The notes below the pieces were generated by a model. It saw nothing but the letters and a program-made list of their open reading frames with translations. It was not told the DNA's origin and made no database searches. DNA of 64,000 bases, taken from the NCBI GenBank assembly GCA_024704765.1, contig JAKMXF010000320.1, positions 124,001 to 188,000 on the forward strand. Reading direction: 5' to 3'. Shown piece by piece: positions 12,490-23,315 of this stretch (position 1 is its first letter; each line of letters starts with the position of its first letter). Both the position numbers and the translations under genes were made by a program. The stretch is from Oopsacas minuta (taxonomy: Eukaryota > Animalia > Porifera).

Positions 12490-13554
12490 CTATCCAATTG
12501 TTATTCCCACTCCTAATTTGATTTGATTGCTCTTCTGATTGAGGCTAGTTGAGAGAGCAAGAGAAACAGGGAGAGGCTGTAGACGCTTCTCTACGATAGA
12601 ACTGACAGTCCATTGACTGTTTATGCTAGAATATATCTTAAAATCTACTTTAGGGATATGCCATGAGTATCCCATTGTCACAACACCTGAGTCATCAAAT
12701 GGAGTTTTTTCATACTCTCCTACTAGATTGATGTTCTCTGTCACTTTCCGCAGATACCCCAGACTCCAAGAACCAAAGCTAAGTTTAGCAAATGTTTGCC
12801 ATCCAGGCTGCTTGTAACCAACGAATCCTGAAATACCAGCTCCTTGCTGAGAAGACTCTTTCTGGTAAGTGAATTCTACTCCTAGCGATAAGTTCTGAGT
12901 AACTCTCTGTAGATACTGCAGGGCTAGCACCCCGGATGCAGGGTACAAGCAGGGGTTGACTAGGGTAGAGCAGAAGGAGAAGTCTGTTCCCATATATTCA
13001 GCCATAAGCTGTACTACTGAGAATTCAGATTTCTGAGTTTGTATGTCAGAACGTAGTTTCAGTGCTTTGTTTGGTTTGTGTACACATATTGCCTTAAGAT
13101 TAGTAGCATTATCCATCTCTCCGTAGAACATCGGGTACAGCTCCATTTCTCCATACTTCTTACGACCAACATAGGATATGCCATAGGAATAGAGGCTAGC
13201 TTTGCTAGACGAGTGAAGACTATGTATTGCTTGAAAATACTGACTGAGAGGGGTATTGAGAGTTAGCTTAGCGCCTTCTATTAGATTAGGCAAATAGGTC
13301 TTGAATTCTTGATTAATACTCTCAATCGTGTCTGAGAATGCATCAACTGCTCCCTCTCCTTTCTCCCCGTGAACACCAGGGGGGTGGGAACCAAACGTGG
13401 GGAATACAGGAGAATCCTCTGGTAGATGTACAGGTCCTGATGTAGGAAGAGAGTTAGTCTCATTAGGTTTAGGGGGGGTGAGGGGAATAAGAGGATCAGT
13501 GGGAGGTGAAGCAGGAGAAACAGGAGGTGGGAGAGTATCTTTAGTATTACCCAT
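12490..13554 (-). CDS. TOMM40: Mitochondrial outer-membrane translocase channel Tom40, intronless
   Basis: Pro-rich N-terminus and porin-3 beta-barrel ending LGVGITIG. First ATG is at 13554 (the ORF track starts at a TTG, 13557). Confidence 0.9.
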   Translation of the reverse strand: MGNTKDTLPPPVSPASPPTDPLIPLTPPKPNETNSLPTSGPVHLPEDSPVFPTFGSHPPGVHGEKGEGAVDAFSDTIESINQEFKTYLPNLIEGAKLTLNTPLSQYFQAIHSLHSSSKASLYSYGISYVGRKKYGEMELYPMFYGEMDNATNLKAICVHKPNKALKLRSDIQTQKSEFSVVQLMAEYMGTDFSFCSTLVNPCLYPASGVLALQYLQRVTQNLSLGVEFTYQKESSQQGAGISGFVGYKQPGWQTFAKLSFGSWSLGYLRKVTENINLVGEYEKTPFDDSGVVTMGYSWHIPKVDFKIYSSINSQWTVSSIVEKRLQPLPVSLALSTSLNQKSNQIKLGVGITIG

Positions 13555-13963
13555 CAATCAATTTCTTAATAAATAGGCTATATATTCACTGAGCTCAATA
13601 GCTAATATAATTACTCTGTTCAATACGAATACATTAGTCAGGAAATTGATTTGTCTACCAAATTGAAGGCATGTACTAATCCACTATTTTGAAAAATCAC
13701 CAATATATGCCCGAGGACAAAATAAGTCAAACAGGTTTTCAATGGTTAACCCTCGGATGTACACCCTCTATTCTTGTACAAATTGTATAGGTAAAATATT
13801 AGGGTAAGTCGTAATGCCTTTTCTGAGTTTCCAGAGGGGGTACTTATTATCCGAGTTGTATAGAATTAATTATATTGCAACCTTCAATCATAGGCTATGT
13901 TTCAATTCAAATCAATTGCTAGAAATACACAATCTATCTATAATACTAGTATAAATATACCTG

Positions 13964-16315
13964 TCAGGTATCTGCGGATTGTTCAGCTAAGTATTTTTCA
14001 TATTTCTTGCGCTGAGTTTCAAATGCCTTTTGCAATATCTTTCTCGCTTTACCTATAATCTCTTCACCATCTTTATCATGAGTTGGAATTCCATTCTCAT
14101 CAAAAGCAGAATATTTATCAATTTCTTCTGCGGATTTGAAAATCTCATCTGGAGGAATTTTCCGTAGAGCTTCAGCTCTCAGCTGTTTATCTTTCATAAT
14201 TTGTTTCTGTATCTCTTTCTCCTGAGCTCTGTCTTTCTGCTGTTTTACCTTCTCTTCTCTCTCCGCTATTATATCCTCCTTCTTCCTCAGCTTTACTAAA
14301 TAAGGGTTCTGAGATGTCTCCGGCTTATCCTCTAACTGTATACCTACCTCTACCAACTGCTCATCTCTCAAACTATCACACAGAGACAGAATCTCAGTAT
14401 TCTTACTAACACGAGCTTGTTTACGTACTTCATGTCTGAATTTAGCAGTTAACAAAGCTATCGGCATTACTCTATCTTCCTCGGTATTGTAATCAGCTCC
14501 AGTAGACATGAAGCTATGCTGAGTACTAGCTACAACTCCTAGTATCTGATACAATCTGTACAGATAAGTCCCTGTCTTGAGTAAGAGAGGACTGTCTATT
14601 GGATGATGTGCTTTATCTGCTTCTGATACATATACATTGACAAGTGAAATTAGTTCTCTTAATAGCTTCATAGCTAATCCTGTATTAACAGAATCACATA
14701 GAGCTCTGTGTATCTGTGTCTGAGTATTAGATAAAGCTGAATTTAATTCTAATTCTGTTTTACTCCACTTAACACCACTACAACCTCCCAGCTGTTGTAG
14801 TCTAGCCTTCAAAGAGAGAAAAAAGTTCTTAACTGCAGCTTCGTATACCTCTGCTTCCTCAAGAGCTCGGGAGCTGTAGTCCAGCACAGAGTCCCACGCG
14901 TGGAGTAGGAAGAATATTCTCAGCTGAGAGGCGGTGTGTTTCTGGAGAGCTTCTCTAATAGTTATAAAGTTCTTTAAAGATTTAGCCATCTTACATCCGT
15001 GTATTGTGAGATGTCCAGTGTGTAGGAAGTAATTAATCCATTGTTTCGAATCATAGTAAGCTTCAGTTTGAGCAATCTCGTTATCATGGTGAGGGAACTT
15101 CAGATCCACTCCCCCTGAATGGATATCCAGCTGACCTCCAAATATCTCAGTAGCCATAGCTGAACACTCAATGTGCCATCCAGGTCTCCCTTGCCCCCAT
15201 GGAGATGGCCATGAGGGCTCTCCAGGTTTGCTAGCCTTCCAAAGGACAAAGTCCTGACTAGCTCTCTTCTCCTCACTGGACGTTAGCTCACCTTCTCCCT
15301 CCTGTAGTTGATCTAAATTCATAGCTGCTTCTGGAACCAGTTTAGCATACTGGTGTATTTCTGTAGAATTGAAATGATTAGTAGTGAAGTATACAGATCC
15401 TCTGGACTCGTATGCATAATTCTTATCTACCAGCACTTGAATGAAGGATACAATCTCTGGAACATACTCACTCACACGTGTCAGTACATCAGGAGGTAGA
15501 ACTCCCAGATCTCTCATGTCTCTGTGGAATTCTTCTTCATAATGACTACTCAGTTGTTGGAATATACTTTGGTTTGTAATAGAAGCTCCGAACTTCTTGT
15601 CTAGATGTTCAGAGAGAGCGTACTCAGCTGTTCTAGCTAATCTCTCTAGATCAGCTGTACTGCAATCAGCTGATTTTACAAGATGCTGTGTTTCTAATAT
15701 AGTCTGCTCCAGAGCTGATAACATCTTCTTTAGCATAGATTTCTTATCTTTATCCTTCTCAGTGTTATGTTTCTCTTGTAACATCAGTAGAGAATATTGT
15801 AAGTCATCTCTGAATTCTAACTTCGTACTAATGCCTAGATTAGATACATACTGCTGGAAGAGATATCTGCTACGACCTCTCTTGATAATCTTATCATCTA
15901 TATCAGTTATGTTCATGACGTATAGTATGTTATATCCGAAGTATTCGGTCAGAACACGTCTAAGAATGTCTAGAGAGAGGTAGGTACGTGCATGTCCCAT
16001 ATGTGATGAATCGTATACTGTAGGACCGCAGCTGTACCAAGTGACTAGGTTAGAATTAATAGGAACAAAGAGATCTTTCCTACGTGTAATGGAATTATTG
16101 AGATGTAGTCTGTCTCTGAGGTTGAGGTCTTCTGAGGGACTTTGCCATACAGGTTTTTGTGGAGATGAATTAGTTTTAAGATTGCTGTTATTCTCACTCA
16201 TTCTGCGTATAAATGCGAGAGATTGCACAGTATAAGGACTCTGTAATGAAGTATAAGCTACTGCAAGATGGGTTTGTGTTAGCTGTGTAAATCGGAGAAT
16301 ATTCATTACTAGCAT
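13964..16315 (-). CDS. CARS1: Cysteinyl-tRNA synthetase, eukaryotic cytosolic type, intronless, with 38-aa N-terminal extension
   Basis: WYSCGPTVYDSSHMGHAR (HIGH), MNITDIDDKII, GRPGWHIECSAM, FPHHDNEIAQ, KMAKS (KMSKS variant), eukaryote-type insertion and C-terminal extension. Confidence 0.95.
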   Translation of the reverse strand: MLVMNILRFTQLTQTHLAVAYTSLQSPYTVQSLAFIRRMSENNSNLKTNSSPQKPVWQSPSEDLNLRDRLHLNNSITRRKDLFVPINSNLVTWYSCGPTVYDSSHMGHARTYLSLDILRRVLTEYFGYNILYVMNITDIDDKIIKRGRSRYLFQQYVSNLGISTKLEFRDDLQYSLLMLQEKHNTEKDKDKKSMLKKMLSALEQTILETQHLVKSADCSTADLERLARTAEYALSEHLDKKFGASITNQSIFQQLSSHYEEEFHRDMRDLGVLPPDVLTRVSEYVPEIVSFIQVLVDKNYAYESRGSVYFTTNHFNSTEIHQYAKLVPEAAMNLDQLQEGEGELTSSEEKRASQDFVLWKASKPGEPSWPSPWGQGRPGWHIECSAMATEIFGGQLDIHSGGVDLKFPHHDNEIAQTEAYYDSKQWINYFLHTGHLTIHGCKMAKSLKNFITIREALQKHTASQLRIFFLLHAWDSVLDYSSRALEEAEVYEAAVKNFFLSLKARLQQLGGCSGVKWSKTELELNSALSNTQTQIHRALCDSVNTGLAMKLLRELISLVNVYVSEADKAHHPIDSPLLLKTGTYLYRLYQILGVVASTQHSFMSTGADYNTEEDRVMPIALLTAKFRHEVRKQARVSKNTEILSLCDSLRDEQLVEVGIQLEDKPETSQNPYLVKLRKKEDIIAEREEKVKQQKDRAQEKEIQKQIMKDKQLRAEALRKIPPDEIFKSAEEIDKYSAFDENGIPTHDKDGEEIIGKARKILQKAFETQRKKYEKYLAEQSADT

Positions 16316-16364
16316 TTATGAATTGATCAGGAAAGTTTGGAATCGTTCATAGAGTTTATAATTA

Positions 16365-18432
16365 CAGTGGATTCCGCTTAATGTGGGCACCGGTTAATGT
16401 GGGCAGCCGCATAATGTGGACATTTTACCAGGGACGGATTCATTTCTATATTACGTGTACTATATTTCTACGGTTAATATGGGCAATAATTCGGTTAATG
16501 TGGACAAACCAATTCTAAATATCATAGATTGAAGTTGAATTACAATCGACTCCGCTTAATCGGGTCACCGGTTAAGCTTGGGCCACCGGTTAATCAGGTC
16601 ACTTGGCCAAGAACAAAACCATAGAATAGTATTAATTTATTCCGCTTAATCGGGTCAAAATGCTCTGGAACCAAAGTGACCCGATTAAGCGGAGTCGACT
16701 GTATATGCTAAATACGTGGAACAAAAGTTGATTTGTATAATCTATAACTACGCCAAGAACGGGTCCAGGGTAGTCTGTGCCATTTTAGAAGCAGCATTCG
16801 AAAAAACTTCGTCAGCACACATATCCAGACTAGCATGAAGTGTATCGCTGAAACCCTGCTCGACGAAGTACTGCTGCAAAACCTGTATGGAGCGCTTGGC
16901 TGGCACGTTACTTATTCTTACTACTGTGTCATTATCAGAGTCACTGTCGCTGCCGTCCTCTAGGCAAAGGCGCTTGTTTGAGAGTGTCTCAACGATGTCA
17001 TCTTCAAGAGTGCCGTCCTCATTGTAACATTTCATATCTTCATCTATCAGGAGGTAGCTGTCGCCATTTACGACTTCTGGCAAGGCTTGCTCCTCGTTGC
17101 TCTCCTGCGAAGCTAGATTTTTTTCTGTACCCTCTTCAGATGCCGTCACCCAAAAGCCACCTTTACGGAAGCAGTTGGCTATAGTCTGGGTCTTCACCTG
17201 TCGCCAGCTCTTGGCTACAACACGAATAGCATCTAAGACGGTTATTTTTGCACTTACTTCTGTGGCCGTGCAAGATGTACTTAGCAGGTTGTCTTCGATA
17301 GCGGTAATGGTCATCTGCACTAGCTCTTTTCTATAATGACCCTTGATGTTCTTAATTATGCCTTGGTCCATTGGCTGTATTAGTGAGGTGGTGTTTGGTG
17401 GCAAGAATTCCAAGCGAATATTCTTCAGCGTGTCAAGAGCTGGATGCGCTGTGCAGTTGTCCACTAGAAGAAGGATTTTGCGTGATTGCTTTCCTAAAGC
17501 AGAATCCCACCTAGTGATCCACTCTTCAAACAACAAACTTGTCATCCACGCATTCTTATTCGCACGGTAACTGACTGGCAGCGTATCCATATCTATGCCC
17601 TTGAAGCAACGAGGTTTCTTGCTCTTCCCGATCACGAGTAGCTTAACTTTGTCATTGCCGGACATGTTTGCACAGCACAGGATTGTTACACGGTCCATAG
17701 CCTTCTTTGAACCACTGAGCTGTTGGTAAGCGTAACATAACGAGCCATCTGGAGTTGCTCGGTAGTACAACCCCGTCTCGTCCGCATTGTAAATATCGTC
17801 GGGCTTATACTCGCGCAAGAGCTGAGGAAAAACAATAGACATCCACTTTTCAGCTTCCACCGTATCAGCACTACCCTTCTCACCATGGGCTCGCTTATAT
17901 TTTATCGTGTGCCTTTTTTCCAGCGCGACAACCAGCCATCAGTTGCTTCGAAATCCGACCTGCCTAGCATTTGAGCGAGTTCCTCGGCTTTATTTTTCAA
18001 AATTGGTCCACTGATTCTAATGCCTTTGGTGAGAACAGCACTAAACCAAAGATTCAATGCCTCCTCGACCTCTGGATCCTTTCCATCTCTCTTCCGTTTC
18101 CCAAGACTTGCCTGCTCTAGTGTCCATCGTTCTGTTAGCAAAGTTTCTTCATTCAGTAACTTCGAAACGGTGGACTTTGGCACCCCGAAGAGCTCGCATA
18201 ACTTTCTCTGGCTTGTTCCCCGAGGTTGGGAACGGAATTTCTTCAGGAGAGCTATCTTCTCTGAAATAAGCAAGTCCGTTCGCTTCGACATTCTATGAAT
18301 GCTAAAGGACGGTAACTCTAGAATGGTTATTAATGAAATCATGAATTGATTAAACTTCGGATAATCTGGGCAGCCGCTTAATGTGGACGAAACGTGCTGG
18401 ACCGATGTGCCCACATTAAGCGGAATCCACTG
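16365..18432 (-). mobile_element. Full-length Tigger/pogo element; transposase split by a single 1-nt deletion
   Basis: Perfect 26-bp TIRs (cagtggattccgcttaatgtgggcac) with TA TSD. ORFs 17902-18414 (HTH/CENP-B; likely ATG 18291, MSKRTDLL) and 16748-17860 (DDE_1: IYNADETGL, LLLVDNCTAH, QPMDQGII) join if one A is added to the run at 17914-17919 (WKKRHTIKY). Confidence 0.93.
16543..16701. mobile_element. MITE nested inside the Tigger element
   Basis: 26-bp TIR ca(a)tcgactccgcttaatcgggtcac / gtgacccgattaagcggagtcgactg with TA TSD, 46 bp past the transposase stop. Confidence 0.85.
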
Positions 18433-19117
18433 TAACTTTATTTGTCAAATTGTGAGTACAAATTGGGATTCACAGTACTGATCATCCCATTTGTTATCCA
18501 TCAGAATAAACATACCCAATATGTTATTATATCCAGTGTTTCTAACGTAAATTTCGAAAGTACCCAAGCTGAAGCATAAAAAATCATCTTGATATACAAA
18601 ATCCCAAGCTATCCTAAGAATGAGTTATGTAGGCAAAACATTCTTCACCAACAAATAATAAAATGTATATAGAAGAAAGTTGAGAGTTAATGATCAAGGA
18701 TTGATAGTTTGAACTTACAACGAACTCCAATAATGCCAAAAAAAATTGAGAATAAAATCCCAAGTCTTGGGATTTCTTCCCTACACTTTAGAGAAATCCA
18801 AGCACTTGGAAAAAACCCAAGCGTTGGAGACACTGATTTATCAGTGTTTTCCAGTTTTTAGAAATATCAGAATAATATTCTACGGTTTACTCTCCCTACC
18901 ATTGAAATTAATTTTTTCGAAATGATCATCACACAGATAAACCAACTTCCGGGTTAGTAAGTTATATGTTTATAAGGCCAGAGGTAGTATTAAGATATAC
19001 TCTCTTAACTACAAAGAATCTTTATAAAACTGATACAAATACATTTTATATTTGAATATTCATTTCAAGAATTACAGCATACTCTGATACAAGACTAAAT
19101 TAGTTAGTTCTACAATA

Positions 19118-19714
19118 TTATATAACTCGCCTCACTTCAAAAAATCTCTTGAGATAGTAAATCTGTCCAATAGTTACCAGAAATAGAATTAGAGCTTCGA
19201 AGAAGGACCACCATACAACTCTTGAGTTAGTGTTATCATTAATCATTCGATGTATCCTCTCTCTTACTTCCATATATTCCTGTTCATGTTTTACAACTGT
19301 TAATCCTTTAGACAACTCTTGTATCATAGCTTCTAGACCAGTGCTGCCCCCTTCTAGATCAGAGCTGGTCGGTTCCATCATGTCTACACTAAACTTTAAA
19401 ACTTTAGGTGTCATTGTTGACATTTTGTTAGAGAAGCAGTATTTATAAGTTCCATCGTTAGCAGCTGCGAATGTATACTTCCCATTAGACTCCCTCACTC
19501 CTGTGTGGATAGGTCGCTCTTCTGGATCGAATATAAGAACATCTATATCGTAAAACCCACCTTCCACTACCTCAAATGTTATTCCTATCTTGGTGTGAGC
19601 CTTCACTGTATCGAAAAAGCATTCCTCAGCGTGTGCATCGATTTCAATGAAATAGGAATAGGAATTTCTCAAAAGTGAGAGCAGTATAAGAGAGCAAAAG
19701 ATTCGCAATTTCAT
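19118..19714 (-). CDS. TMED2: p24 beta cargo receptor (emp24/gp25L/GOLD), intronless
   Basis: Signal peptide, [55 protein letters not shown]. Confidence 0.95.
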   Translation of the reverse strand: MKLRIFCSLILLSLLRNSYSYFIEIDAHAEECFFDTVKAHTKIGITFEVVEGGFYDIDVLIFDPEERPIHTGVRESNGKYTFAAANDGTYKYCFSNKMSTMTPKVLKFSVDMMEPTSSDLEGGSTGLEAMIQELSKGLTVVKHEQEYMEVRERIHRMINDNTNSRVVWWSFFEALILFLVTIGQIYYLKRFFEVRRVI

Positions 19715-19935
19715 AGATTAGCTAATATAAATAGATATAACTGAATATATCAAATACATTTCCCCGGAATTTTGACGGCACCCGTCAGACGTGCTGCATA
19801 GAGCACTAAGAGCGCCTCATTTATGGAGCGTGCTCCCGCTCCGCGGTCCTAGCCTTTAAGTGGAACGGCGCTCCCACCCCCGCTCCTTACACAGAAATGA
19901 GCGCACTGCCTCTCCACCACAATGGGCGACAAAGT

Positions 19936-20330
19936 ATACTGAATCCGAACTTCGCATTTCAAGTTTCTGATGTGTAAATTTATTGTTGTTTTTATGAATA
20001 TATACTAGCAAACAAATTTCAAAATAGCTCCAGAAATTTGGTCTCAACGGATTTCTAGGGTAATAGAATACGAATATGATATTGTCAACAACGTATTGTG
20101 AATATTTGTTGCTGTTTAGGTGTATGAAGTAAAGAAATTTCTAGTCTTAGACACTTGGTTTCAACGGTCATACGCTCATGCCAGGGTAATCGAGTACGCT
20201 GATTCCGAATTTCGCACTTGCAAGATTCTCAGGTGTAAATAATAGTTGCTCTATTATTTGCACCTGATGAAACAATTCAAGGCACGAAGTGCCTTGTTAC
20301 ATGCGAACACAGTGTTCGCATGCCTTGCTC
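19936..20330 (+). mobile_element. Helitron-like non-autonomous element, 3' part (two core units and terminal hairpins)
   Basis: Two copies of the core (gagtaYgctgaatccgaatttcgca...catatgtaaat), then hairpins aaggcac-gaa-gtgcctt and tgcgaacac-a-gtgttcgca. Confidence 0.65.
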
Positions 20331-21373
20331 ACAAAGCAAATAAAATGGCACATTTTCAAAAGGTTTTTCTGGCCTGACGACGTGTATTTCCACAATTAGA
20401 CAGTATATTAATTCAGCCCTAAGTGAAATTAATACATTACTTATGTCTAAAGCTAACTGATGTCAATATTTTAAGGATACGCATATACTTGATGGAAAGG
20501 TGTTAAAAACGCATAACTTACATCCCACAAAAAAATTAGGCTATCAATGTTATTTGCAAAGTCCCTAAATATGACTTCCCATTCGCTATAATAAATTTCC
20601 TGTGTCTAAAGCCAACTGATATCGATATTTTAACAATATTATCAATTACGGAATGTGTGAGAAATGTATAACTTACATACCACAAATATTTCCGGGAAAC
20701 CAATATGACGTTTGTACTCCTAAAATATGCTTCCTATACAACAATAATATTCCTGTGCTGTGTCTAGCATTAGCCGGATTAGTATGAGATATCAATAAGT
20801 ACACAATATTGTTTTCCGTCTCCGCTACTTTTGCCGTAAAACGAAGTTGAAAGTCTATGTCTGAACCCTCGCTAATCAAAACAGGACGATTGTACTGGAA
20901 TAATCTTTGAAAAAATCCAAATATGTTGTAAAATTATAACTTTAGAACATGTAAAGTTCCCGCTCAGGCCAGGGGTGCTAAAAATTCATAGAATAAACAA
21001 AAGCAAGATTACTCTATCGATATATCCAGTGTAAATATTAGGTCATTTTATTATCTTTTGATATGTAGGGGCATAAATTGGTGGAAGGTTGAGGGGGAAT
21101 CTCTAAACAGAAATGAACCAAGTATTAATAATATAAATGTAGATACTCTAGCCATGAAGTGAAGAGGTTAACTAATCAAATCAGTTGCTTAAAGGGCTTA
21201 ACAAGCGTAAGTCATTAATAACTTTAAATCTACCTGAAAATCGAAGATTGAAATAAGAAAATAATATTAACAATCTAACTGAAAAGGATCGAAAAACATC
21301 ATGCATCAAAATATTTAACAAATTGAATAATTCGTCTCTTTGAATTTGATGACATATGAACTATCAGGAAGGT

Positions 21374-22003
21374 CTAATTACGTGGTTTAGAATATGATTT
21401 CTGTCTATCACCAGATTTGCCTTTACCTTTACCTTTATATTCTCCTTTATATTGCCTCTTTCCATAAGAATTGGAGGGTTGTTTGCTACGTAGAAGTTTT
21501 CGTATAAATTCTCTTGACCTAAGATCAGCCTGCCTAACTGGTTCTGGAATTCTAGACCGTGAGCAAGCAAATACAAGCTCCTTGGCAGTCTCCAGACATA
21601 TTTTATGTCCAACTGATACATAGACAGGATTGACTACATTGTCCTGCCCTAAAAGAGCCATACCCCATGTCTTTCCAGAATGACCAATTAGTGGGAAACT
21701 GTCACCAGCTTTCCTTAACGCTGCAATACTATCCATATGCTTTCTGTCTTTATACAACCCATCAACTGAGAACAGCGTCTTGGCGACACCAATAGTTGGA
21801 ATGTCAGACATTACCCCAAGCTGAGAGGCTAGACCGAAGCCTCGTGTATGGAGAATACCGTTCCCGTCCACTAGAATTACCTCAGGGATTAATTCAGGAT
21901 GATTTTTAATCACAAGGTTAAGTCTATCATTAAGAAATGGAACCTCTCGGAAAGCCAAAAAGCCAGGGATGTAAGGAAGGGTTAGTTCAACCATTGCAGT
22001 TTC
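21374..22003 (-). CDS. ENDOV: Endonuclease V, exon 2 of 2
   Basis: Acceptor ttttcag|GAAACT at 22004/22003; ETAMVELTLPYIPGFLAFRE, VDGNGILH, PTIGVAK, PVYVSVGH, SRIPEPVRQADLRSRE. Confidence 0.92.
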   Translation of the reverse strand, partial: ETAMVELTLPYIPGFLAFREVPFLNDRLNLVIKNHPELIPEVILVDGNGILHTRGFGLASQLGVMSDIPTIGVAKTLFSVDGLYKDRKHMDSIAALRKAGDSFPLIGHSGKTWGMALLGQDNVVNPVYVSVGHKICLETAKELVFACSRSRIPEPVRQADLRSREFIRKLLRSKQPSNSYGKRQYKGEYKGKGKGKSGDRQKSYSKPRN

Positions 22004-22370
22004 CTGAAAATGATATATATATAAATAGGATATTGAAATGATAGTATATGTTGCAGTTCAGGTGCTATTGTAGTTTAAGTGCACTTAAACTGCAACACGT
22101 ATAAACAAAGCCGTCAGAGCTCGGGCGGTAATGACGATGGCCGCGCCCAGTTTTCTGAGCTTCAGACTGTTCTGTATATAAGTAGTTCAAAGGTAAATTT
22201 AGACGTTTTTGTATATAAATACAAATATATTTCAATAAAGTATGACAAACACATAGTAGTACACTGAGTTAGAACAATCAAACAGCTGACTGGGAAATAC
22301 AAAATCTGAAAATACTGGGATAATCAAACACTATGAAACATGTAATATAGTATTTAAAGTATAAATCTAA

Positions 22371-23315
22371 TTATTCATTTATCATATTTGATTTTAAAAA
22401 GAATAATTTAGTGACTTGAACCAAACCTCTGCTACAGAATCTCAGAAATATTAAAAAGTAACTGATACAGCAAGCCATTACTCCGAGAACAGCATATAAC
22501 AATATTGATGCTGAAGAGAACTTGAAAAAGAAAGAATCACAGAACTGAGAGCAATAATTGCAGGAGAAATCTGGTGTTGAGAAGATGAACAATAAAGTGT
22601 GAGATAACAAGAGTAGTGTGTAGAGAGGAAGAAATACGAGAATTTCAAATAAATATAGCTTGTCTAAAAACCAAAATAACTGATCTTGAATGCAAAATGT
22701 ATTCTGTTCACTTATTTCGTTGTTCTTGCATAACTTCATCCAGGCATTCCACAGCTTTACTGCTAAGTAAAACACTCCAATACAATGCATGAAGAGAACT
22801 GTTATAGGAATAAAATTCGTAATATGTCCTACCTTATAAGGGCAAGTGTGAAAGTTGATAGATGCAATAACAATGTTCGCTATATGAAAGATGAAGAGAA
22901 ACACTTTGAAAATAGTAATCGCAGAAGTGTAATAAAATGTAGCACCTAGGGAAGAAATACCCTGCTCCAGATGACGATGTTCCTCAACTGCAAGAAGGAT
23001 AGTAGACGAGTTTAACAGAGATTCTGAAGGGGTGTGCGATCTATGGGAAGCACTCTCCTGTACATTGGAGGGGTAAGGAGGAGGGAAGATCAGTTCATGA
23101 GTTTGTTCAATGCTACTGCAACTGTGGTGCGTGTTTATAGGTGCTGTTGTGTGTGATGAAACAGTCCCATCAGTCTCAATTCTGAGGGGTAAATGAGATT
23201 CAGATGTTGAGGGTGATACACTAGAGTGTCCAATAGATTGGTAATCATGAGAGTAAAGAGGTGTTGAATGGATTCTAGTGAATTCACCTGAATAAGTGGG
23301 CGGTGGAGAATTCAT
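22371..23315 (-). CDS. Four-TM membrane protein with S/T/P-rich PPxY-bearing N-terminus, TMEM272-like; nested in the ENDOV intron on the same strand
   Basis: 314-aa ORF with PPTY and PPPY motifs, four hydrophobic segments, and loop motifs FHTCP...FIPITV and NYCSQFC...FFKF resembling TMEM272. Confidence 0.55.
   Translation of the reverse strand: MNSPPPTYSGEFTRIHSTPLYSHDYQSIGHSSVSPSTSESHLPLRIETDGTVSSHTTAPINTHHSCSSIEQTHELIFPPPYPSNVQESASHRSHTPSESLLNSSTILLAVEEHRHLEQGISSLGATFYYTSAITIFKVFLFIFHIANIVIASINFHTCPYKVGHITNFIPITVLFMHCIGVFYLAVKLWNAWMKLCKNNEISEQNTFCIQDQLFWFLDKLYLFEILVFLPLYTLLLLSHTLLFIFSTPDFSCNYCSQFCDSFFFKFSSASILLYAVLGVMACCISYFLIFLRFCSRGLVQVTKLFFLKSNMINE

Noticed and set aside
19780-19930. 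GC-rich hairpin-forming patch upstream of TMED2 as the cluster promoter
   Set aside because: No recognisable core promoter motif, and it abuts a Helitron-like copy, so it may be TE-derived. Not supportable without TSS data.
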